DNA of 21,458 nucleotides, taken from positions 1 to 21,458 of the forward strand of contig CAYYQL010000041.1 in assembly GCA_964473825.1 (NCBI GenBank). The letters run 5' to 3'. This DNA comes from an uncultured archaeon. Lineage in GTDB: Archaea; Asgardarchaeota; Thorarchaeia; Thorarchaeales; Thorarchaeaceae. Every line of letters starts with the position of its first letter. Position 1 is the stretch's first letter. Below the pieces are notes generated by a model. It saw only the letters and a list, made by a program, of their open reading frames with translations. It did no database searches and had not been told where the DNA came from. Of the stretch, positions 8,801 to 16,300 are shown piece by piece. The position numbers and the translations under genes were made by a program.

Positions 8801-10941
8801 GTGTCCTCAAGAGAGAGCACCAGCTCTTGAATATCGTGTAGTCCACTGTCAAACGCTTTGGAATGTCTTATTGCATGCAAGAGGCCTTGAATACGGTAGG
8901 CATTCAGAAGAAACTGAACCCTACGATTGCTCAGATGATTCTCGAACTCAGCGATTATCTGACTGCGCATCTGTTTGGTCAGCGTGAGGGGGACTCGCGC
9001 CGGTAACTCACCAAGCTGCACTTCTAGTGCCAGATAACATCTACTGAGGGCCCTCACGAAGGCACTGCCAACAATATCCGAGAAGAAGCGATCTGGTGAG
9101 AGAATGTTCTGTCCTTGTACCAGCCGAGCTTGCTGAACAGCCAGACTACTCTGCACGACGGAACGACCTCTCACATATCTGTTCAGGATGCCCCATAGGG
9201 TATCTCCCCTTCTTCCTCTCAAACCATTGACCTCAGGCGAGATGACAGGAAAATCCCGCAGACATTCGGGATTGAGAACGAAGTAGCTTCCGCCTAGTGG
9301 AACGAATTCCAAATCCTCAGAAACCTCTGCAGGATAGAGTCGCGGACGCGTGACTGCCTTGCCGTACGTCAATTGAAGGAGAGAATCGCGAGGCTGTATC
9401 TCTCTAAATGAAGGAAACTCCAAGTGAGAGTAGTGATTTGTCGAATAGTCGTAGAAGTACTCGCCCAAACTTGACAAGAAACACCGTCTATGATAGATGA
9501 TTCTCCGTGATAGTGCCGTACCCGAATCAATCATCCCTAGGTTATAGTATAGGTCAAGCAACTGGGTCCTCAGGAGACTCATGCCCGGAACTGGAGGGTC
9601 ACCGGTGATTCTAAGCGCTGCAATTGCGGCCCCCATCTCTCGGAGTCTGACTACTTCGGTTGTTATCTCTGAAGCTGTGAGCAATCTCTGTTCTTCATCT
9701 TCGCTCAGATATGATAGGCGAATGTCATCATCAATTACCCATCCAACGCCATTTGGCACCTTGCCCATCTCATTGTAGAGATAGTAGTGTAGAACTGTTC
9801 GTCCTCCTGAGATACTCTCAGAATACTCCGGAAATGTGACACTTTGACTAAAGCCGCCTTCTTCTATTGCACGTTGCACGTTATCTCGCGAAACGACCTT
9901 TAGAGCCAGACTAGTGTACTTCTCCTGCCCCACAATATCCAGAAGATGTTCTGTTTCGGTGGTATTGTCGAGCAGAACAACCCTCGCAATCAGGCCCCCT
10001 TCAGACTGGATACAATTCAAGTTCTCTAACAGCCTTTTGAGGGACTCAATCCTTGTGACTATTAATCCCACAACGAGAGATACCCCAACCACACGATTCT
10101 CCTGAGTGTCGGACTGCTTCTTCGCGACCTCTCTACGGTTGAGCAGTTCATCGATATCGGTTTGGAAGACTGAGAATGCTCTCGTCTTGAAGTTAGAAAG
10201 CTGGTCGGAGTTCATCCGCGGCGCATACTTCAAGTAAAAATGGAACAGACCCTGCTCCTTCTGAGATGAACCAGGCGTTGAGAGTCGTCTGGCGTCCATT
10301 GGCGCATTGTGATGTACAAGATGTTCATCTAACCGATGAATCCTGAGGTTTCCACTCTCCAAGAGCCTGATGCATAGGTCGCGGTCAGTCGTACTGTCAA
10401 GTGCTTCATCAAAGCAGCCTGCCCGTAGGATCGCGCTAAATCGCACAAACAAGTTGGATCCTTGAATATGTGGATTCCCAACAAGAAAGTCTTCGACCTT
10501 CAAATCAGACGGTATGGTCAGATAGATTCCCGATTCTTCGTCAGATTCATGTCTGACTATGCCAGCATACACCCAATCATGGTTGCCCTTGATTGCGGCA
10601 TTGTAACATTCATCAAGATAGTCTTCGTCCCAGGCATCATCGTCGTCTAGGAATGCAATATATGTTTCAACGGGATCATAGTCGAGCTCTAAGAGATAAG
10701 ACAGTCCCGAGTTCACAGCCCCGGAGAGATTGTGCGTTCTAGTGTTATCAATGAGAGATACCTCAAGAGTATCGGAGAGATTTTTGCAGATTCGGCGAAC
10801 GGATGGTTTCGTAGGATCGTCTGCTTCTGTGACGACCACCACCTTGTCAGAGTGAACTGATTGATTTATGACCGAGTTCAGAGCCTGTTCAAGCAACTCG
10901 GGACGTTCTTTAGTTGGGATGACAACGCATAGTTTTGACAA
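5848..10941 (-). CDS. Multidomain glycosyltransferase: GT2 - GT-A-like - kinase-like - class I SAM methyltransferase - GT-A-like - GT2
   Basis: GT2 #1: VVIPT..RP, FLDDDD, TDRD. GT-A-like #2: VLLDN, WVIDDDI. Kinase-like: LGSGREAHV, AYK, NFHPDNL, CDLG. Methyltransferase: MDYGCGKG, AFDID, YDLVLCSLVL. GT-A-like #3: LQADSD. GT2 #4: CIDSILSQ, LIDAGS, HLDADD, AEDW. The TTG start lies 2 nt after the upstream gene's stop. Confidence 0.85.
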   Translation of the reverse strand: MSKLCVVIPTKERPELLEQALNSVINQSVHSDKVVVVTEADDPTKPSVRRICKNLSDTLEVSLIDNTRTHNLSGAVNSGLSYLLELDYDPVETYIAFLDDDDAWDEDYLDECYNAAIKGNHDWVYAGIVRHESDEESGIYLTIPSDLKVEDFLVGNPHIQGSNLFVRFSAILRAGCFDEALDSTTDRDLCIRLLESGNLRIHRLDEHLVHHNAPMDARRLSTPGSSQKEQGLFHFYLKYAPRMNSDQLSNFKTRAFSVFQTDIDELLNRREVAKKQSDTQENRVVGVSLVVGLIVTRIESLKRLLENLNCIQSEGGLIARVVLLDNTTETEHLLDIVGQEKYTSLALKVVSRDNVQRAIEEGGFSQSVTFPEYSESISGGRTVLHYYLYNEMGKVPNGVGWVIDDDIRLSYLSEDEEQRLLTASEITTEVVRLREMGAAIAALRITGDPPVPGMSLLRTQLLDLYYNLGMIDSGTALSRRIIYHRRCFLSSLGEYFYDYSTNHYSHLEFPSFREIQPRDSLLQLTYGKAVTRPRLYPAEVSEDLEFVPLGGSYFVLNPECLRDFPVISPEVNGLRGRRGDTLWGILNRYVRGRSVVQSSLAVQQARLVQGQNILSPDRFFSDIVGSAFVRALSRCYLALEVQLGELPARVPLTLTKQMRSQIIAEFENHLSNRRVQFLLNAYRIQGLLHAIRHSKAFDSGLHDIQELVLSLEDTFSDASIREFSKNLDDIDQELVDSFLVGLKGRVKSFRGCFEPIGDSARSFTYSRDTVSALTSQDRLEYLGSGREAHVWTDESHAYKHMRYGWSQFQSGQAAFLRERILQRHISDKIARLDEIIERNEQLVFRTELCRGEAYSGGYLKDIIKIVGDCRKSGIAITNFHPDNLIVTADGLKFCDLGRSLVPLTEREFEHMARRAFLTYRFHFRDDLDDLIARSLYDKSMPEMVGFDLFLDSLNNTTKSQVLDELLLRLIRLKSPATVMDYGCGKGPISERLAADGIEVVAFDIDSSLIQQDRLRHTPVWYITEEGLETLLENGAKYDLVLCSLVLCTLESNTEVKRVVSKIRDLVAEEGCALVSICNPFFCAVPATNLHEKEYSPGRLEYDDKFLYKKRINETGRTRTDIHRPFSWYKHLFHQCGFEIVDTTESRTVDTSQLLPSSDFLTIELNPLPQPKTERVSLLIKASPMEWKTIGFQIRHIVNQLEGPQEFCEKIVITDSHEGPFLRAYDEPNHEALRDALDEIVADGIVDRVVYAPYDSESIRSTYLKWFGIESEESHSKAGQHLYTTLYGFGECSGDFILQADSDCIIYRSDRGHDYLGEMLDVLQGNPRALTVSFNIASSRNRPYTCRSESGPWRVEVRFCLLHKDRLVRSLPLPNALTPEGKLADAWHRSLDKLIESSELESYRGGSVETSYVHMPNARKRNANEWFNIIESVERGNLPECQKGSVNLKGSMADWIGRRNEAMVLIVRGRNTYLPRLRRCIDSILSQSDSNAGVILIDAGSRSGAHEYMEEIVYRQLGERVSILRNHTPLPAIENILVATTEICDNLDSIIIHLDADDSLIGSDVLAFLRGAYSDGCDVTVGGMLRLDKKKEYPVNFTDPRGNCGGNVWQHLRSFRKHLFDSIREEDLKVDGEWIPIAEDWAFMLPIVEMARSPLHVTRPLYLYEPGEPMAEKIRDFRERVIGRIVKKQRYSQCDLRS

Positions 10942-10946
10942 AACTA
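10930..10946. repeat. 17-bp inverted repeat TAGTTTTG-A-CAAAACTA at the gene junction
   Basis: Perfect 8-bp arms around a 1-nt spacer. It covers the dehydrogenase stop codon and the glycosyltransferase TTG start. Confidence 0.6.
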
Positions 10947-11747
10947 CCGATCCCCTTGTTCAGACTCCTGCTGTACCCGCCTGTTGACCCTTTCAGCTGC
11001 TTCTAGCAAGTCTGTGCACAACGCCGCACTAATCAGTTCGCGCGTGTCCTTTGGGACGCATTTTCCGCCATAGGGCCCAAGAGAGGGTTTTAGATGTTCT
11101 CGAGATTTGACGCGTCTATCTGCCCAGATGACGCTCATGACCCCCTTTGCGTTCCCACCTAGCTCTTCACAGATGTACTCTATCTCGTTTGTGAAGCTGA
11201 CCTTCGTGGCAATGAAAGCATTGTGGGCCAGTTTTCCAATCTCGGCACTCCGATGATCCAGTTTCAGTATCTCTGCGTCTTCAACCCAGTGGAAATAGGA
11301 TAGTGCTTCTTCGACGTCATCACTGGCGCCGCTGACAACCAGCCTGTCAGGACTCACAAACCAGACGAAACTACTCCTCTCACGAAGAAACTCGGGCATG
11401 TACACTATCCTGAGCTGACCGAACTTCTCTGTTGCTTCCTCCATATAACCGACACGAACCGTGCTCTTGATGATGACTAGACCCCTGTAATCCGCTTCCA
11501 TTAGTCGTGTCAAAACACTGTCTATATGACTACAATCAAGGCGATTGCTCGAGTCCTCAGGAGTTGGAACACAGACGAAGACAGCATCGGTTTCTAGTAT
11601 GTCTTGCCACGAGTAATTTCCGACAATATCGAACCCTACACATTCGAAGAAATATCCCAAGGCGGTCCGAATAGCATGTCCAACCGAGCCTAATCCTATT
11701 ACACCAATCATCCTACTATCTGCAGCTACGACCATTGGCTCCATCAC
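10944..11747 (-). CDS. UDP-glucose/GDP-mannose 6-dehydrogenase family protein, short form without the C-terminal UDP-binding domain
   Basis: Rossmann GLGSVG, VCVPTP, IKSTV, PEFLRE, AEIGKLAHNAFIATKVSFTNE and catalytic GGKCVPKD. The protein ends about 30 aa after the catalytic Cys. The start may be the ATG at 11744 or a later one. Confidence 0.92.
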   Translation of the reverse strand: MMEPMVVAADSRMIGVIGLGSVGHAIRTALGYFFECVGFDIVGNYSWQDILETDAVFVCVPTPEDSSNRLDCSHIDSVLTRLMEADYRGLVIIKSTVRVGYMEEATEKFGQLRIVYMPEFLRERSSFVWFVSPDRLVVSGASDDVEEALSYFHWVEDAEILKLDHRSAEIGKLAHNAFIATKVSFTNEIEYICEELGGNAKGVMSVIWADRRVKSREHLKPSLGPYGGKCVPKDTRELISAALCTDLLEAAERVNRRVQQESEQGDR

Positions 11748-11803
11748 TCTGTGTCAAAGCTGCTTCTCCGTCCCACCACGTCAATCTCATCGTTCGATGC
11801 CTA

Positions 11804-11875
11804 TGACATCCCGGATGACACAGAGGCAGCTCTGTGGATGACATCCATCGATGTCACCATATAGTTAAAATGTCA
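11804..11875. promoter_or_regulatory. Cluster of TGACATC-type inverted repeats (putative operators) upstream of the dehydrogenase-GT operon
   Basis: TGACATC-CCG-GATGACA (11804-11820, one mismatch), CACAGAG-GCAG-CTCTGTG (11819-11836), TGACATC-CATC-GATGTCA (11839-11856, perfect), an extra ATGTCA half-site (11870-11875) and an adjacent AT-rich TATA-like stretch (minus strand TTTTAACTATA). Confidence 0.5.
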
Positions 11876-12109
11876 ATCAAGGCATATAGGTCTTCGCACC
11901 AGAAACGACTGCTTCAAGGAGAGCCGGTGCTCTCTCTAATCAACAGGTGGAGATTCAAAGGAAACAGGGATTTTTGCGGCAAAGAAGAGATCTCTGGAGA
12001 ATAGGACTTGAGTCTTATCTTTGGCCTGAGTGCATGCGGTTGCTTCGTCTCATTGAGAGTATTTCTCCCTCCTAATATCCCAGTCTGAAGTAATTCAAGA
12101 TGCCGTGCA

Positions 12110-12625
12110 CTAGCAGACCTGAGATACAACTTGCTGGACTATGTCAAGCATGAACTGCCGAAGATATATGCCGATAGTGGGCTTGATTGTTATCTGATTT
12201 GTGGACTTGTTCAACTCGATTATGTTCTTAGGCGAAAAGAGCTCGTTTTTAATTGAATCATCAAAAGCCTGATACTCAATCTTGTTGGTTTTCGTCTTGG
12301 GTGGTATTCTCTTCCCATGCGATGCATGAGCAATGCAATGACGGATATATCGATATGCCCTAAGAATCTTCAGCTTGTCGGGAGATACATATTTGCCCCA
12401 CTCTTGCTGAGGGAAGTACGATTCGAATACTGCGATCAGATAGAGGACTGAAACCCCTCCTATGACATGGTCAACCTTCGCTCTCACCATGTCAACATTT
12501 TCCTTCTTCGAGTAGTCCACTGTGCTTCCTAGGTGATGAAACCAGTCCATTTCATGTAGGGTGTTGAGCTTCTTCCCAAGTTCTACCAATGAGGTACAAA
12601 GCTCGTCTTTTGTCATCGAAACCAT
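12110..12625 (-). CDS. Putative HEPN-domain ribonuclease (stand-alone, ~171 aa)
   Basis: Predicted helical protein with an Rx4H motif (RHCIAH) and an upstream hydrophobic helix ending in Glu (LYLIAVFESYF). The start was reassigned to ATG 12625, which follows a GGTG ribosome-binding-like motif; the ORF track gives 12727. Confidence 0.6.
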   Translation of the reverse strand: MVSMTKDELCTSLVELGKKLNTLHEMDWFHHLGSTVDYSKKENVDMVRAKVDHVIGGVSVLYLIAVFESYFPQQEWGKYVSPDKLKILRAYRYIRHCIAHASHGKRIPPKTKTNKIEYQAFDDSIKNELFSPKNIIELNKSTNQITIKPTIGIYLRQFMLDIVQQVVSQVC

Positions 12626-12858
12626 TTCAACAACACCTGCGAAATCACTCTCCCTATGCCTATAAGCGTTCAGTCCGCATCTACTCGACACCTGCGAGTT
12701 CCTTCTCGGGCATTCAGAAAAACACACTGTTTCGAGGTCTTTGCATTCTCAGTTGAGGCTACGGAAGAGGCAACTGCTCACAGGTTTTCGACACACTGAT
12801 TAGGAACCTGGGCGCAGGAGAAGCTGCATCTCCACGTGGAAGGAGATGTTTCGTTGAG

Positions 12859-13209
12859 GTGAACCCCTTCGTTGACAAGTGCGCGCTGAGTGACATGCTG
12901 AGAGAGGCAGCCCAGGGAGGAAAGAAGATACGCCTCGTGACCAGACCGCCAAGCGAAGAGAAGCAGGCCTTCCACGACACGCTGCAGAAGAACGGTGTGA
13001 GGATATTCCACAACGACGACGTCCATGCGAAGATCATCGTGGTTGACAGGCGGGTGGCCATCACGTCTTCCATGAACTTCTATGCCGCCTCATCAGCGGG
13101 CAAGTCCTGGGAGACCGGGATTGTCTCGGTTGAGGAGAGCGTGGTGGAAACAATCGTCCGATCCATTCTCGACTTCATTGACAGGACAGACACCGTGGAA
13201 GTGGAGTAG
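12859..13209 (+). CDS. Phospholipase D-family single-HKD nuclease-like protein, possibly 5'-truncated
   Basis: HAKIIVVD-x6-SSMN fits HxKxxxxD-x6-(G/S)SxN, with a downstream WETG and an N-terminal NPF strand motif. The frame is open back to 12757 with no ATG. Confidence 0.75.
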   Translation: MNPFVDKCALSDMLREAAQGGKKIRLVTRPPSEEKQAFHDTLQKNGVRIFHNDDVHAKIIVVDRRVAITSSMNFYAASSAGKSWETGIVSVEESVVETIVRSILDFIDRTDTVEVE

Positions 13210-13281
13210 ATTTAGGGGCGCTTAAATCACCTAAGCTAGAAGCCTATCGATTGTCCATTGAGAGAATAGGTACAGAATACC

Positions 13282-13333
13282 ATTAAGTAGCGGTCGGCCT
13301 TAACGAAATGAGGACTTACGAGTGGCATGAGGT
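13282..13333 (+). promoter_or_regulatory. Putative archaeal TATA box (ATTAAGTA) and RBS (GAGGT) for the giant surface protein
   Basis: ATTAAGTA at 13282-13289, and GAGGT at 13329-13333 just before ATG 13340. Confidence 0.35.
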
Positions 13334-13339
13334 TCTACA

Positions 13340-16300
13340 ATGCAGTTCGCATCAAAGAAACTCCCAACTGTGAAGAAGGGGCTCTTCATCGTCCTGATGA
13401 TGCTCTTCCTGCTAGCCGGTCCTATCGGGGAGAGAGAGATTCCACCCATAATGGACAAGCAGAGAAGTACGAGAGTTGACGTTAAGACTCAAGAACCTGA
13501 GGCAATCACAGCAGATGAAACGCCGTGGCTGGAGGTATTTCCCTATCGGAAGTACCACGAGATAAGTGGGCTAAGTGGAGCGGGCACGGGATATCAGGTC
13601 GAGATACACGTTCGAAGCGGCTTGGGTACGGACTCAGGAAACACAGTCTATCTCAATCCGGGTCATTGGAACCCAGAAAACACCCTTAGATTCACAGATG
13701 ACGATGGAATCACTCTTCTTAACTACTGGAAGGAAACCAGCGATGAAACTGAGGCCACATACTGGGTAAAAATCAATGACAGCCTTGAAAACGATGTTGG
13801 CATCTACATCTACTACGGCAACTTATCCGCACCTAGTCTCAGCAATGGAGATGATACATTCGTTTTCTTTGATGATTTCGAGAATAACAACTTAGACAGG
13901 TGGGACACTGCAGGTTCTTATTGGACAACGAACTCATCTCTGAGTAAGCATGGTTCGTATTCAGCATGGTACGACGGTACATCTACAGGTTCAGAAAGAC
14001 TCCTTGAAACAAATCTATCAGATGTGTCGAGTTACATGGCCCACTTCTGGCAGTATATCCCAGACAGAGGAGTCAACCAAGAGGGGGCTGTTTCTATTGA
14101 AGTATACGCTAATGGGCAACAGGCCGAGAGTATCCGTACAATTGCAACGACCTCCAACAAGCTGCAATACTATGATCTCCCAAGCGGGATGGTTGATTGG
14201 CCGAACGGCGGAATCACACTGGACACCTGGTTCAGGGTCGAGCTAGGCGTGGACATGGCTGGTGGAACTCGGACGGGATACAATGATAGAACCCTCATGG
14301 ATACGGTATCCAATGTTGACTTAGACGACAATCAGATAGAATCTACTCAGCTTGATGTATGGAGGTTGTACGGACAGAAGGTCTTTGGCGATCTCGTCGT
14401 GGCACCGCTACATATGGATGATGTCTACATTCGAAAATGGGCAGGTGGAGATCCGAGTCATGGGCTCTGGAGTGCCGAACAGAACAATCTGAACCTGACC
14501 ACCGGTCAGGAGTGGCTTCCTGAATTTCCTTACAGGAAAAATCACACAATCTACGGACATCCTGGAGCTGGAACAGACTACCAAGTTCGTATTCAGGTCC
14601 ACAGCGGGGACGGGATAGATTCAGGTAATACCGTGAATCTGAATAATGAGTACTGGGAGGTTGACGACCCAATTAGATTCACGGCAAGCGATGGAATCAC
14701 ACTACTAGACTACTGGAAAGAGTACACGGACGCATCCAATGCGTACTACTGGGTCAAAATCTCGGAGAATCTTGATAATGATATCGTCATCTATGTCTAC
14801 TACGGGAACACAACTACAACGAGCCTGAGTAACGGAACAGCAACGTTTCTCATGTTTGATGATTATGAGAATGCCAATCTCAACCGATGGGACCATGTGG
14901 GCAGTGCTTGGTCTGTAAGCTCAGGATACTATGCTCGAGGAGATTACGGAGCCGCTCTGAGCGGGACAACGGGAGGAAGGGATCTATACAAGACCATTAA
15001 TGTCACCACAGGGTGCATGATACACTCGTGGGGGTATCTATCTGGCAATCCCGCGTTGACAATCAAGGCATGGGACGAGGTTTTCACGGAAGTTGTGATG
15101 ATGGATATGCGCTCAGACGGCGGTCTGAGATACTATCAAGACGGCTGGACATACTGGGGAGGACAGAATGGGGTTTCTTCAGGCACCTGGTATGAACTGA
15201 GCGTAGGCATCGATTTCGAAGACTCAAGACTCTACGGCTGGAAGGATGAATACTCTCTGGGCGACGTATATCTCGGAGATTACAACAACGGAACCGTAGA
15301 CAGTTTCACCAGGATCGGTTTGGCAGGTGAGAACTCAGCCTTCGCCGACGATTACTACATCAGGAAGTGGCTGACCATAGAGCCAATACATGGCGGCTGG
15401 GGACTTCAGGAGTCCAAAGGAGGGGTCGTCACTGTTTACGATGATTGCTCTGATGCCGGAGAGTTCTCCGGAATTGGAGATGAATCTTGGGCGGTCTATA
15501 CGACGACACAGGTAACAACTGGCTCTGTTTCTTCAACCGAGGGATACATCTATGCCTCGGACTACGGAACGGGTTCAGACAAGTATGGTCCCCTCAGATA
15601 CAAAGAACTGGCTTACCCGTTCTACGTGGACCAGTTTGTCAACCTGAGCGCTGAGATTGAGGTAGATGCAACTACGACGACACACAGAGGAGAAATTGCT
15701 ATCTCGCTCCACGACGAAACAAACAAGACGGTAGTTTCTACCATAGTGAATGATAGATGGGTGTCCCAAGATGATATCTGTGCTTTTGGTGCGTGGAAAT
15801 ACTCGAACTACACGCTGAGAAATACCCCAAATAATCATCCAGAATATGCATCAGCGGAACCGTACAAGCAGGTCATCTCAGTCTATCGAAATGAAACAGG
15901 CATCTTCTTCAACGGACCCCTCATAGGGACCTTCGAGCTTGCCGAACTAGATCAGATTAAACCGCATCGGAAGATCAAGTATCTCTCAGTCCATTTCCAG
16001 GGATGGAGTGATGGTTATGGCACGGACATCTGCGAGGTCTTGCGGGTACACAGCATAAGAGTGAGCTGGAACTCAACAAGGAAACCAAGACGCCCCGAAA
16101 CGACCTACTGGCAGGATGCATGCACAACGTCAGGGGGATGGGTGTATGATTTGGACTGGGGCGGATGGACTCCGTGGGCCACCTCAAGTGGAACACTACA
16201 TTCCGAGAGTGGATATCTCTATGCATCCGTTGACGCAGACGTTGGAACCGGTCCCTTCTGGTACAAGGCCTTGGATACACCTGTCAATCTAACTCAACTC

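Noticed and set aside
11804-11875. Possible mini-CRISPR or tRNA-like element
   Set aside because: The repeats are only 6-9 bp with no regular spacers, and there is no cloverleaf or T-loop consensus.
11914-12129. 71-aa ORF as a possible HEPN antitoxin
   Set aside because: No MNT or HTH motif, a non-ATG start and atypical composition.
12626-12727. N-terminal extension of the HEPN-like ORF given in the ORF track
   Set aside because: It reads like translated intergenic DNA; ATG 12625 has a better RBS.
13209-13228. Weak hairpin GATTTAG...TTAAATC after the PLD stop as a terminator
   Set aside because: Short AT-rich stem with no T-tract; insufficient support.
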